DNA of 64,000 bases from Octopus vulgaris (GCA_951406725.2 OX597814.1:180854001-180918000), one strand, 5' to 3'; positions 1 to 13,958 are shown, counted from the stretch's first letter. Numbers and translations: made by a program. The notes: generated by a model from the sequence alone, not told the origin.

Positions 1-251
1 TCTCATTCTTTCTCTTATTCTCTCTCACTCTCTCTCTCTCTCTCTCTCTCTGTATATATATGTATGTATATATAATGTCTGTTTATTATTCACTTAGAGA
101 GTATTACATTGTGTTTATGAGTAATTTCTTTTTTAAAGTATAGGCAAGAAAACTAGATCGACCTAATTAGATTTTATAGTGTTCCTAAACATCCACAAGT
201 GAAAAATTGCGCATCTTTTGCCCACAGAGATAAAGTGTGTAAGTCTATATG

Positions 252-336
<85 letters not shown>

Positions 337-834
337 GTATTTTTGTGTCTGTATATCATTCAACTACAGTAGTGGTTGAATATACTCTTAAGTCTACAAT
401 TTCGTCAATCGCAGCAGCTTCTAAACTTAACCACTAATTCAGTTCTCAACTAAATTGCAAACTGTTAATAGTTATAAAGGGGACACCTCCTCAGCTACAC
501 TTTGGCATAAATAGTTTGAGATTTGGTTCAGTAGAAAAAAAGTTACATCAAAATATCTACGACCTCTGGGGGTGGGGCAGTAAGGCAGATATTCATCTTC
601 AATTAACATAAATTTTTTAACTTTAAATTAAAAGTATACCTATCTTAGGCTTAAATGCTAGAAAAAATGCATGAGGAATTCAGAATCGCTAGTCGCATTG
701 AATAAAAATTAGTAGAAAAAGAGTTATGAGGTAAAATGTTACGAAATTTCATGTCAGTAAGTAAGAAAGTAAGGGAGTAACGCTTAGCAAAGAGAATAAA
801 GAATATATTTCTAAAATGAATGCTTATTTTCTAA

Positions 835-1125
835 GCTGGCAGAAACGTTAGTTTCCCCGGCCGAAATACTTAACGGTATTTCTTCTGTTTTTATGTTTTT
901 TGAGTTCAAATTTCGCCAAGGTCGACTTTGACGTACAGATTATTTAATTAATTTTTTTTAACCAAACACTTCCAAACTTCCGATACTGGTAGAATATGTC
1001 ACAAGAACAGGGTTTATTCTTAACGTTTTTGACAAAATGTTGTATTTTAGAAGCGGTATTTCGTCTGTCTTTATGTTTTGAGTTCAAATTCCGCCGAGGC
1101 CGACATTGCCTTTCATCCATTTCGG
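835..1125 (+). mobile_element. Two SINE fragments interleaved with a fragment of the GGATC-family TIR
   Basis: 835-930 and 1053-1125 match the dominant SINE (ctggcagaaacgttag...tgagttcaaattccgccgaggtcgactttgcc). 933-1053 aligns to the TIR sequence at about 1397-1513. Confidence 0.7.
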
Positions 1126-1375
1126 ATCTATTCAATTAGATATACAGATTATTTAATTAATTTCTTTTTAACTAATCATTTTTAGAATATTGACGCGTCG
1201 ATTGTTTAAATTGAAGAGAAGAAACTTTCTCCTCATACATGATAGGAAATTCAAGCTCGAGAGAATTCCAGCACCAAACAAAGTAGGAACCAGAGACCAT
1301 CGAAAATAACATCCAGGAACCTTGACATCTATATCCCCATATTTACAGCAGGTCCACTTAACTTACCCTATATTC

Positions 1376-1837
1376 GGATCTTTTCAATCTCAATCACAGA
1401 TTTTTTAATTAATTTTTTTAACTAAACAGTTTGAAACTTCAGATACTGGTTGACTGTGTCACGTAGAACACGGTTTACTCATAACGTTTTTGACAAAATT
1501 TTGTATTTTAGAAGTTATTTCGTGTTAAAGTTGTCGTATTTGGGTAATTTTAACCAATCAATGACGTGTATTCACCTGAAGAAAGTTACTGCTGTTTGCG
1601 AAAGTAATGGAAAAGCAACAACTTCCGGGTCATCAGGTCATAAGAGAGAGAGAGTTGGGAGAAGAGTATATAAGATAAGAAAGATGGGTGAGAAAAACAG
1701 AAAGTTCTTTTATTGGAAATACATACGTGTGTGCGTGTGTATTTTTTTCCATCTTATCCAATGTGTCCTCTCGTTTATATAATGTTAGCGTGTGACACCG
1801 AGAGACATTTTGGCTGTTATTTCCAGCAAATCGGAGG

Positions 1838-1890
<53 letters not shown>

Positions 1891-2020
1891 GAGAGAGTGC
1901 TGGTATGTTGACGATCTGAACGACAGCTTATATAAACTTACCAATCCCCTACCACTGCAATTTATTAAACCCTCTCCTTTTCCTTACTTCCATTCGGGGT
2001 TTTATCAGCATTACATATGA

Positions 2021-2074
<54 letters not shown>

Positions 2075-2583
2075 GCGTGTGTGTGTGTGTGTGTGCGTGT
2101 GGACAGCAGAAACGCTGCATGAACAACTGTCGTCAACTTCACAATCCCCCTCCCCCTTAAAGCTATGTATTCCTCACACCTACCTCCCTTTCCTTTCTCC
2201 AGCGTTCTAAAAGTAGCATGTGTGTATATGTATACGTATACATGTGTCTGCGTATTTATGTACATATATGTATGCAGCGTCCCAAACAGGTGACCCGATG
2301 ACCCGGATGTTGTTGCTCTTCCATTACTTTCACAAACAGCAGTAACTTTCTTCAGCTGAATACATGTCATTGATTGGTTAAAATTACCTAAATACGACAG
2401 CTTTAACGCGAAATAACTTCTAAAATACAAAATTTTGTCAAATATGTTAAGAGTAAACCGTGTTCTACGTGACACATTCAACCAGTGTCCGAAGTTTCAA
2501 ACAGTTTAGTTTTTTAAAAATCAATTAAAAGATCAGTGACTGGGATTGAAAAGATCCCTTTAGAACCTTTTTTGAAAAGATCC
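1376..2583. mobile_element. Non-autonomous long-TIR DNA transposon, Merlin-like
   Basis: About 265-bp TIRs at 1376-1640 and 2291-2557, starting GGATCTTTTC. A second TIR tip at 2572-2583 is followed by CTATATTC (2584-2591), identical to 1368-1375, giving an 8-bp TSD. The interior is non-coding with (GA)n and (GT)n. Confidence 0.85.
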
Positions 2584-2945
2584 CTATATTCTTATATTCA
2601 TCTCTACACCTCATTATATCACCTTCTCTCTCCTGTTTCTCTTTCCTTTTTTCCCTCTCCTTTATTTCTCGTCTCTTTCTTTTACTTTTCTTTGCTACTT
2701 TTTTTAAAAACTTATTGTCTCGTTTTCACTGTTTTCGGTGTCCTGCAGTGAAATATTTCATCATATTTCCTCCGATCATCTTTATTTGCATTCACTGAAT
2801 AGATCTTTAACAGCCGTATACAGGGTCATTGGCGTAGACTAAAATGAAGGAACATTATCCTGAACGCTGAAATTCCCGCTATATTTCTTTGGCTAGCTAA
2901 TGAAGGGGAAATTCTATATTCATTCTGTCCGTTATTATTTCCGTT

Positions 2946-2947
<2 letters not shown>

Positions 2948-3003
<56 letters not shown>

Positions 3004-3274
3004 CTCTCTCTCCCTTTCCCCTCTCTCTCTCTTTCTTTCTCCCTCTCCCTCTTTCTCCTCCCTCTCTCTCCTTTCTCTTCTCTCCTTTCTCCTCTCTCCT
3101 TCCCTCTCTCTCTATCTGTATATTTCTTTCACTCTGTCTCTAATTTATTCTCTCTCTTACGCACACATACACGCACATACATATGTATATATATGTGTGT
3201 GTGTGTGTGTGTCATTATGCATGGTGTGTGTGTCGTTATGTAGGTATGTGTTTTGTATACATACATATATATAC

Positions 3275-3352
<78 letters not shown>
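2948..3352. repeat. Compound (CT)n/(GT)n/(AT)n microsatellite block
   Basis: Directly visible. Similar blocks occur throughout the window. Confidence 0.95.
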
Positions 3353-3608
3353 TTCAAAAGCTGGATTATCTTTCGATCACATTACAACTGTCATTTTCAC
3401 CGTCTATCGAGGAATTATATTAATCCACCTTAATGCTATGAATGTTGGACTGTGAAACTGACAGTTATAATGTGATCGACGATTAATCCAGCTTTTAAAT
3501 AAAATTATTAGAATCTATATCTTTGTATTGAGTTCTCTGTTGCTTAAAATTATTTTACCTCATTTGTGTGTGTATGTTTGTCTGTGTGCGTGTGTGTGTG
3601 TGTGTGAG

Positions 3609-3643
<35 letters not shown>

Positions 3644-3734
3644 AACATAGGTTTTGAACATCTGATTGCTATTGTATCTAATCGGTTTGCTGAGAGCACA
3701 CACTGAGATTGAAACGTCGTAGTGTCTCAAAGAC

Positions 3735-4206
3735 CTCTTACACTGGTAAACTGCGTGTTTTATGAACACACATCATCTAAAGAGAGGGGGTGTTCTTCGA
3801 TGAGGGAAAACAACAGTGGTAAGATATTCACGTTCGAATCTGCCATGACGTAATGAAAATGAATAGACACGTTATTATTTGGATTCTAACTGTTCTGCAT
3901 GGACTCCACGTATCATTATCTGTTTGGCAGACATTAGCATGCATCAACAAATAATTTGCTTGTTGTTTTCTATAAACAAGAGCTCATGTCCCTGCTGCTC
4001 GCGAGGTAACTTTGAATGAAGAGATACACAATGAGGTCGAAATACCACGAAGTTGTAAAGTTTCCTTACACCGGTGAATCGCATGTGTTATGAACACACA
4101 CATCGCCTAAAGGAAAGAGTTATCCTTCGATGAAGAAAAACAACAATGTTCAGATATTTATGATCGAAAGTTCCAAAACGTATTGAGAACGAATAGATAC
4201 GTTATC
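3735..4206. repeat. Diverged local direct duplication (about 140 bp, about 330 bp apart)
   Basis: cttacactggtaaa...tatgaacaca...cttcgatga...aaaacaaca...agatatt...gaatagacacgttat (3737-3876) recurs at 4065-4206. Confidence 0.7.
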
Positions 4207-4323
4207 GTAAATGTATATCGTATTTAAAAACCAAAACATACTTAAGAAAAAATAACATTGTTTTATTTTTAAAAGTAAGATTAAAACAAAACGAAGCAAT
4301 ATAAAAATTGTATTCAGCAACAA

Positions 4324-4560
4324 CTGGATTGTCAAATAAATTCGTTCATTTTTTTCTACTTAGCACTACATCGTCATATATCTGAAAAAAGGTAAAATTA
4401 TTCCAAGTTTCAAAAGCGATAAACAAAAGTTGTAGAGGAAGAACAGGGCTGTAAAGGTATAAAACATTACGATATAAATATTTTTCGGATTACTTCAAAT
4501 AACATTGGAAATGATTAAAATAAGTGGAAGAGAAATGACCGAATTTATTTGACAACCCAG
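4324..4560. mobile_element. Mariner-type MITE
   Basis: About 28-bp TIRs ctggattgtcaaataaattcgttcattt and aaatgaccgaatttatttgacaacccag, with TA on the right flank. Confidence 0.7.
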
Positions 4561-4989
4561 TACAACAACCTCTTTCTTGCCACTTCATGTTTGCGAAGTT
4601 ATTTATTACTTAATTATAATCCATCTCAGTAACAACTTTCTTTCAATAGAGGGTAATGCTAATCCAGGCAAACTATAACACCAATTGTAGAATGAACAAA
4701 CTTACTGTATTATGTATTTGTACCGGCTTAAGAATCATCCCGTAGCTTTATTATTTATTGGTAAGGTTAGAAAAATGGTAGTACAATGTTGGCAAGTTAG
4801 GGAAAATTGAACGTATGTCACTGGCGATAATGAATATAAGTAAAATATTGATGGTCCATCGCACTACAGCAGAAATTCCTTTACTGCTAGTTTTCCATAT
4901 CTCTTTGTACAAATCTTTCGATGAAAAAAATTCTTGCGCAATTTCCGTCTAAATGTACATACACATAAATAAACACACACACGCACACA

Positions 4990-5033
<44 letters not shown>

Positions 5034-5357
5034 AACACACACACACACATATATATTCATATATGCATGTGTGTGTGTGAGAGAAGGGGAAACAAAGAGT
5101 GCGTGTGTGTTGTCTTTATAGAGTAAATAAATGGAACAAGCAATAACTCGAGTTTCATGCTGGAACTTTGGTGCTTACGCTTGATGTAAATACAATTGTT
5201 AAAGTAACACTTACATGCTACAGTTTTTACGACCAAAACTACAACTGAGAAATGCTTACACAAAGAGTAGCCAGCCACTTTTCAGCATGAAAATCGAATT
5301 GTTTTTTTTTTCCCATAAATTACTGTATAACGACTACTTAAAAACTGAGTACCTGAA

Positions 5358-5428
<71 letters not shown>

Positions 5429-6039
5429 GCAAGGTGCCACAGAGTGAGACTGGGCCCCCAAACGAACCTATCGAAGGTCTCAACACGAAGTTTCCTTCAG
5501 GACTGTCTCCGAACTTGAATCACTGAGTAATGACTTGCGAATAACCCAGATAGAATATACGCAGTACAAATATATTACCTATCAATTTTTAATTAGTTGT
5601 AGAGGACTCTCAGTGCATAGATGTTCCGATTAGACCTATCTGGATGTGGCCGGCTACTACCTAAGTTGCTGTAAGGTATTTTGTTTTCTAGCCTAAAATT
5701 CCTCCCAGAAGGTCGTATATAACTGACCTCGCTTTGTTTCCTTTGTGCGTTTCAGCTGCCTTATACTTTACACCCCTATAGCCATCTGTTATTTATAGCA
5801 AGGCTTTATGGAGACCTGTCTGTCTCGAGTCTTTGGGGGGAATAAATGCGGGAATTAGACGAATGAAGATACGCTTTGCGATGTTCATGTGAGTCTAGCT
5901 ACCACATTGACAGATAGACAGACAGACAAACAGACGGATGGACGGATAAACAGCTGGATGGAGTGATGGGCGGATAAACAGATGGATGGATGGATGGATG
6001 GATGGATGGACGGACGGACGGAAAGACACAAACTGTTGA

Positions 6040-6078
<39 letters not shown>

Positions 6079-7077
6079 TATAAATATACATATGTAATAT
6101 ATACACATATGTATAAATATATTTAGTTGTACATGTGTACATGCAAGCACACATAAATGTATATATACATATTTATACATACGCATATATTAAGCAAACG
6201 CTTGTGTCTGAGTACACGAATATGTTATTATTGATTTTATGTATGCTGGACATACCGGATCAAGGAAATCTATAAAACATAGGTAGGTCATGAAACGACT
6301 AGATATGATTGACAGATCCATCGTTCCATTTCTGATATATCATGTTCTGCTTGGCTGAGAAGTATACGGTACACTGTGGTTAATCATATAAGCGACAGAT
6401 TGACAGTATGGACGTGTTGCACTCTTTCCACGGTCCATTCTACGTATATCGTACGCCTGGAGATTCTGGTGCTGTATGTATTGAGAATTGTCTTTATTTA
6501 TGTTTGTTGTATAATATATACGCAAATGCAGTAACCAGCGGGCATCAACAGAAGTTGCTTATCTTGAGAACATAACAGAACGGATTTTGTTATGTCCGGA
6601 TTAACTTTTGTAAACTACAATACGTAGTTAAAATACGGTGTCAGAAACGTCAGATGGATCGTATTATTGACTTTATCGCCATACGTTACATGTACTCGTG
6701 GTGTTTCCCTGTTACTATCTGGTCCATTTGTATCGTGATTGAACTGATAGTGAGTCGTTAACGGATTGTAATTGAAGTAATTGAGTGAATGACTTCGCTG
6801 TCTAAGAAATGTTACTAAATGGTTTAATATCAATTCTAGCTTCTAACCCTATATCTGGTGTTAATTTACCGAAGGAGTAGCGTCTGTTCAAGAATTTTAT
6901 AGTTTCTTGTTGCTCTTGAGAAGGATTAATAGTTGATAAAATCAAACTTGCACTACTGCTACGTGCTATTGGTTAACAAGGTAAAAATATTGATATTTAA
7001 CTCAATTTCGTATATGAGAACAACCATAGCAACAATGCATTTGCGGATGTTGTAGATAACGTTGACAATTCCAACCT

Positions 7078-7112
<35 letters not shown>

Positions 7113-7205
7113 TTTGAGACATATATCTTGGACAACATTATACAATTAGTCCTTTTTAAGACGTGAAGGTGTAATTTTAGGGTCCTATTTCTTGGTAGAT
7201 GTATA

Positions 7206-7870
7206 TTGTTGAGCGTATCTAAGCTCACATACTCTAGGAAGCGCCGTGATATGTATATTCGCAAACTTTTCTTTGCTGATGACTCAGCTCCGGTGACTCC
7301 TTCCTTGGAAGATATCCATAAAATTGCACACTTTACTGAATGTGCGGTGTCAGCTTTTGGTCTATCAATAAATATAACAAAAAGACTGAAGTCCATAATC
7401 GACCTAAACCTGAAGTGATGAAACACATACCTCAGACTATTATGATTACGAATCAGCCTGTTATGGCTATTATGATTGCGAATCTTATTGTTTGAACAGT
7501 AAGATTTCTAACGACTACAGTCTGAATGTGTATTGCAGCTACAGTCGCTTTCGGAAAACTCAATGATCGATGCGGAAATGCAGTATAAATCTGTCAACAA
7601 TATGCAAAGTGTATCGAACATTATTTTGATCCTGTCTGTTGAATTCTGCTGAGACTTACACTCTGTATCGTTGGCATATCAAAAAGCCTTTGAAATGTTA
7701 TAAATCGTAGTTGGCGCCATCTACGATCTATAATAAGCATTTCTCTAAGCGACCACATCTTGAAGCGACCACATATCCAACATGGAGGTCTTACAGCGGG
7801 ATACCAAGTGCTATGTCTGTCCTGCTGGAATTACAGTTGTGCCGGGTGGGACACGTCGTCCGCTTTGTTT
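7206..7870 (+). mobile_element. Degenerate LINE reverse transcriptase fragment (RTE-like)
   Basis: IRKLFFADDSA...AFGLSINITK matches the RT F/YADD and GL.IN..K motifs. Frameshifted downstream remnants include AFGKL and GHVVR. Confidence 0.8.
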
Positions 7871-8921
7871 GTGATCAGCCACTGTTTTTCTTCATGCAGT
7901 CGCATGCAGGCCACCCGATTCATTGAAATGTCGTTTAATGACCCTTTCGAGGGCTTTTTTCAATGGCTTCACGTATTTCCGCTTGTTGTAAACACAGTCT
8001 TGTAACTCCTAGTGTCTGCCATAAGGATCACACGTACCACCCTGCACAAATGCAATTCTAGGAGAACAGACTCAACAAAGTATTCGACTTAAATCTAATC
8101 TTTCTCTGCCGTATATATTCTAAATGAAGCTATTGTTTTTATCCAGCTAATTGCATTTCAACTAATTCATTTGGCTTCCGGTTAAGAACATTATAACTGT
8201 AGCTTATTACTAAAACATTTAGAGTGTTAATACTTATTACTGTATTTCTGATATATATCCCAGTTTTTTAATTTTTAATATTAATTTACACATTGTAATC
8301 CTTACTTTTATTAACGTAATCAAATAAAAGTAAATTTAGGAAGGTTGCTTTCTAACCTAAAGGTTAGGAAGTTACCTTCCTATCCATTACTTTATTTGTG
8401 TTCGTTGTGTTCTGTCTACTTCAATAATTATTGGGTTTTGAAATGAAAGAATTTGGTTTAATTCTCTTATTCTGTTTTGGCTTTTTCTTTTTTCTTCTTT
8501 CTTTTTTCTTCACATGACATTAGTGGCTTTTATCAATTATCCTCTCTTCAACGTTGCCTTGGCGCATTTTTTCTAAATCGAATTTTCATGCTAATTCCTC
8601 AACTGGATTTGTAAATTTTGAAGATGTGTCACCTGATCTTATTGACTGTCTCTAAAAATGTTAGTACACTTCGTCCATGAAGAAAGAAATCTCAGGAAAA
8701 GCAAAGAAAATGTTTGCAGTTCAAAAGCAAAAGCAAAGGAAAGAAGATAAAGAAAAAGAAAGAAAATCTCACTTGTGTAAAGATTGATCAGAAATTTAAA
8801 TTTGAATTAATTAGTTTTCAGAGTAAACATTTTAGTATTTCATTGTTTGTGCAATTTTGCAAAGTTAAAAGTGAGGTGTGTAGTTTACTTTTTTTATTTT
8901 CTTGTGCTCTGTGTGTGTGAG

Positions 8922-9011
<90 letters not shown>

Positions 9012-10574
9012 TTGGGAGAGTGTAATAGTTAGCCTGTCTGGTGAGGAGAATGTCTTGTGTGCGTGTTTGTGCAGGCATCTGTTTGTTCGTTTGTTTATAT
9101 TTCAGTCGTGCTGGTACCCAGTAAAATTGCAATTAATACAAACAAAGCAAAAATAATGACTTCTCATGAGACATGAATGTGTCACAGTAGATTGAGATTT
9201 ATAGAGCATTGACGAGAGAGAATGGTCAAAGGTTAACTTTTTGTTTTTTAGTAAAACGAGTAAACAAACCTGTGACGTCGATGAGTGATGCGTTGGTTCA
9301 TAGTTCAATTCCTTATGTGAGTAAAATCAATTACGAGAGAGCAGTGAGGAGATATATCATTCTTTATACTACGGAAACCAAAGATAAAAAATCAGATCTC
9401 GTTGTTCTTTATGAACTAACTGATAGGATCGTTACAGAATTCTATTGAACAAGAGTTAACCTTCAAGCGAGTTAGACTTACAAATCGACTGCAGTACCTG
9501 GTTGATGTGAAATGTGCAGCTGATGTCTTCAACCTAGTCTCATTCTCCTATCCCAGAAATTCGTGAGATAATTGAAAAGGAATTGAAATTGAAAATCTGA
9601 TTAATTGATTGGAACTATACTATTGTAACAATCACATGATTTATCAGGACTAAACGGACTGCATTGGCAATGAAAAACCATCTGCTTATTTCTAATATCA
9701 TAAATATTTATTAGTGGATGAAGAAGAGCCATTATATGCATACATTTTAGACACATTTCAACGAAGATATATGAGCGCCAAGTTCGCGGCTACTGAACAA
9801 CCAGCCGAAAAATCAGAAGTTCGGGTGTTTTCTCCATCATGCTATTATTCCCGTAAATAAGACTTAATCTGAAAGGGTTCAGTCCAACAAGATGTAAATA
9901 GGTTTCAAGGTTCGCTGCTGTTAGTAGCAGTACTGTAAAACTGGTGAATATTTCGTTAGCATTTAGTGCAGGATTTAATTTATTCATTTAAACAGGGAAT
10001 CTGTAACTTGAAGAAGGATGGTCACTATCTAATTCCCTGTCTTCAGTGCGTAACATGAAGAATATTCTTCGGTTATGAGCTTAAGTACTTAAGTTATTTA
10101 TAAAAAAAATTACATTGTTGCCAGTGAACAATAGCTTGTCGGTTACTGGTCCATAACGGGCTGATCAGTGGTTTACTACGCTTCTGAGAGTATCAGTAAC
10201 GCAGGAGTTTCTACAACACAGTCTGGAACATATATGGCAAAAGACCTTGTTCGAAGAGCGTAAGATTTCAGGGCAATCTACATACACTCATATAATATAT
10301 ACTTATATACGCACATACATACACTGCACTTAACAAGTTCGCTTCGCAAACATGCGTATTCGATCTTATTGTGATGTGCAGTACAGTGGCAAGTCTTTTT
10401 CTAATATAGCGTCAGTTGGCTAATAGTTTACGAGTAGGATTTGACAAAAACTGTTCAGAAGTCACACGCACAGACACATGGCGGTGCCCCAGCATGACCA
10501 CTGCTCGTGAACTGAAAGTAGATAAAATTAAAATAAATATATATATATATATAATATGGAACCACGTATGTATC

Positions 10575-10770
10575 GTTGGCGATTTTTTCTTCCGTCTTTC
10601 CTTCCTTGGATCTTTCCTTTTTCTGTGTTTCTGACGAAGAGCTCCGCTCGAAACGTTAAATCCTCCTTCTTTCTTTCCTTTCCTGAGCGTCCAATAACAC
10701 CATACTTGTTCAACGTCCTCGCGTTGTTGTTTTTTCTCTTTGTGTTTTCATGTTTGGATTAACCATATAT
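10575..10770 (+). mobile_element. Short non-coding repeat carrying a minimal hammerhead motif (Penelope pLTR-like)
   Basis: ttt-CTGACGA-a-gagc-tcc-gctc-GAAAC-GTT-aaa at 10628-10660. Related reverse copies lie at about 32993-33077 and 43850-43995. Confidence 0.6.
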
Positions 10771-11611
10771 ATTATATAGCGAGGGCACAATATTTCGTTT
10801 TGGAAAGATTAATTTACATATAAGAAATATTCCAGGAAACTGATACATACATATAAATTGCTGGCAAGAACAAAGTGTACCGTTTGGCAACCATGATAGA
10901 CTACCAAGAAAGATTTACAAGTCAATATTGTGCCTTACCTTGTGTTAGCAGTGCAATATTTTCACTTCTAAGTTCATCTCTGTGGAGTTCTAATAGAATT
11001 CAGAGCCAGCACTGTAACTTACGGGGTTTTGTATACGAACACGCTTTTATAAACTAGACGATCAAAGATAGAAAATTTAAGTAATGGGTGTGTATGCATA
11101 TTTCAATTAGTGCCATAATATACTACCAAGTAGTATATTATGGTAGTATATTGTGGTATAACTCATCAACAATCCTTGAACACATTGCTTAAATAGCCAC
11201 TAAGTTTAGCGGTGTAACACTGTTGGATAGACCAATTTACATATTGAACACATTCTTAGTAACTGGTACGCACATATTAATTGCTGGTATAGAGACGCCG
11301 TATTTCGTTGAGTAACGTGTTCGTTAATAGGTTGGATGTGGTGCTGAAAAAGGAACAATAACTCCTCAAATATTCATATATACCCGTTATCTATTTTTCG
11401 ATCTTCGATCGCATTGTTTACATAGACGTATTCGTATACGAAACGTCGTAACTTTCTGTGCTGGCTCTAAATTCTATATTATATCTATAGAGATAACTTT
11501 AAAATGATTGAACTGCACTGCTAACACAAAAGGTAGGACAATGCATTGACTTATAAACCTTTAATGTACTTGGTGGTGTATTATAGTTGCTAAACAAAAT
11601 GCGGTATCCCT

Positions 11612-11648
<37 letters not shown>

Positions 11649-11662
11649 TATCCCTATTGATA

Positions 11663-11717
<55 letters not shown>

Positions 11718-11816
11718 AACTATCATTCGAAAATTAAAACAATGGAGTGAACAGCATTGTTATCAGCAGTGTATAACAACATCCGGTAGTTTGGTTGATA
11801 ACATGCTACCTTGATT

Positions 11817-11893
<77 letters not shown>

Positions 11894-11898
11894 GTAGG

Positions 11899-11969
<71 letters not shown>

Positions 11970-11978
11970 GTAGGTAGG

Positions 11979-12068
<90 letters not shown>
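11817..12068. repeat. (GATA)n microsatellite
   Basis: Directly visible. Another array lies at about 18872-18975. Confidence 0.98.
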
Positions 12069-12069
<1 letters not shown>

Positions 12070-12661
12070 ACACGTGCGTGCAGGTGTGTATAAGGCTTTC
12101 CGGTTTAGTACTTGAGCATGAGAAGCAACTATAAAAATTTAGAGCTTAGTTTGTGACATTACATTAAACTCTGAAATTTCATAACTTGATTACAATTCTG
12201 TATAAAACGCTACACAAATTTATAGTCGGCTATAACGAATGGAGAGAGCAAAATACTTCTGAAAATATAGAAGATATTACAGTAACTTCCTATCCTAAAA
12301 CTCTGTCAATAACAACCCCAAAGCTTCCCGCTTATATAATTATTTAACATAATTGTACAGTACACGACAATCATATATTCAAGTTCCTGCAAACGTTTTG
12401 ATCTTAAATGTTGTTAAATAATTATATAATTATGAAGGTATGTGAAAGTTAATGAAATGCCTGCTAGAAATGAAATTTCAGAAATATAAATGACATTGTT
12501 TGCTATTTTTCAAATGTATTTCGTCTTGCATTCGTTGTGGTCAATTATACAATAATTTATGTAATTACTCTAAACAATGCATTTTTCTAACTAGAATTAC
12601 TTCGGTATGTATGTATGCAATCATATATGTAAGCTCATACATACATACATACATACATACA

Positions 12662-12692
<31 letters not shown>

Positions 12693-12705
12693 GTATATAT
12701 ATATA

Positions 12706-13685
12706 TCAGGTCACTAAGAATGAAATGTCCGATTTTGAATTGAAAGTTTATTTTACTTTATCTCAACAAAAAGCAATGCAGTCAAATAAAGTATGTACCT
12801 GAATTATCAACGCAATTTTTCCATTTTATCGGTAGCTTATTTATGCCGGTAGCGAAGAATTTTGGAGAGCAAGAGGTGATGAAATCACGAAAAGCTGTTT
12901 TTGCATATTCTTCAGATTTGAAGTTTTTTTCCTTGCAAAAAGTTGTCTAACGCCTGGAAAACGTGATAGTCAGTTGGTGCAAGGTGTGGTGAATATGGTG
13001 GATGACAGAGTACTTTCAAGTTCAGTTCCTGTAGCTTGAGTAGCGTTCTTTGTGCATCATGTTGTTGAGCATTGTCTTGCAAGAGAATTGGCTTCAATCT
13101 CGGTTGTTTAATTGTAAATTCACTCATCATTTCATCCAATTGGTTGATGCATACATCTGCTGTAATTGACTTACCCGGTCTATTGAAACTGGAGTGGATG
13201 GCACCAGCGCTGGACCACCAAACAGACACCATTAGCTTTTTTTTATGAATATTCTTTTTTGGATTGTGTTTTGGCATTTCGTTTCCATCCAACCACCGTG
13301 CAGAATGCTTGCTATTGTTGAAAAGAATCCATTTTTCATCACACGTAACAATACGATGCAAAAATGGTTTACTTTTATGCCGTGACAGCAAGTTTCAAGA
13401 CGACGTGTCATTTGATGCTCGTTCAGTTTGCGTGGTACCCACTTGTCCAGGTTTTTTTTGCCTTGCCGATTTGTTTCAGATGGTCCAATACAGTTGGAAT
13501 CGAAACATCAAACCTTGCGTAGTTTGAGATGTATCCACTTCCACTATAGTCTCCTGCTCATCATTATCCACCTTGGTCTCAGGTCTACCACGGGGCTGAT
13601 TTTCAAGAGTAAAGTCACCAGACCGGAACTTCTCAAACCATCGACGTACGGTACGCTCATTCGCCACATCTTCAAATACATGATC
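12706..13685 (-). mobile_element. Mariner transposon remnant, 5'-truncated and frameshifted
   Basis: ORF 13476-13667 has an HTH region (TVRRWFEKFRSGDF.LEN.PRGRP). ORF 12912-13391 has IVTCDEKW, WWS, LLQDNA and HPPYSPHLAPTDYHVF, the mariner DD34D motifs. A TA-flanked TIR-like end tcaggtcactaagaatgaaatgtccgatttt lies at 12706. Confidence 0.95.
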
Positions 13686-13699
13686 TAGTTGTTAAGAGT

Positions 13700-13890
13700 G
13701 AATACAACTACGGCTTCATATACGACTCCCTCAGTCTCGCAACCCCCAACCCCACTGGGCAGCCATTGTACTCCTTGCATGAGTAAGCGGCCTCTGTTCG
13801 CGTTATATGGGTGTTTGCCAATATTCTTTTCATATTGGATGCACAACTAAAAGAACCCCTTAGGTTATGCCTATTGAACAAACCACCGTA
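13700..13890 (+). mobile_element. Possible second, decayed Penelope-like GIY-YIG fragment
   Basis: Frameshifted PLGSHC and HIGCTT resemble the CPL.G.C...YIG layout of Penelope-like endonucleases. Confidence 0.35.
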
Positions 13891-13906
13891 CATGTGCGTC
13901 TGATAC

Positions 13907-13958
<52 letters not shown>

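Noticed and set aside
174-437. ORFs made of YI, HT, CV, SL or YLSI repeats (here and throughout the track)
   Set aside because: They are translations of microsatellites that lack stop codons.
1450-2481. Two similar opposite-strand ORFs (MTVSRRTRF.. and MNVSRRTRF..)
   Set aside because: They are the two TIRs of one element, with non-ATG starts and no recognisable domain.
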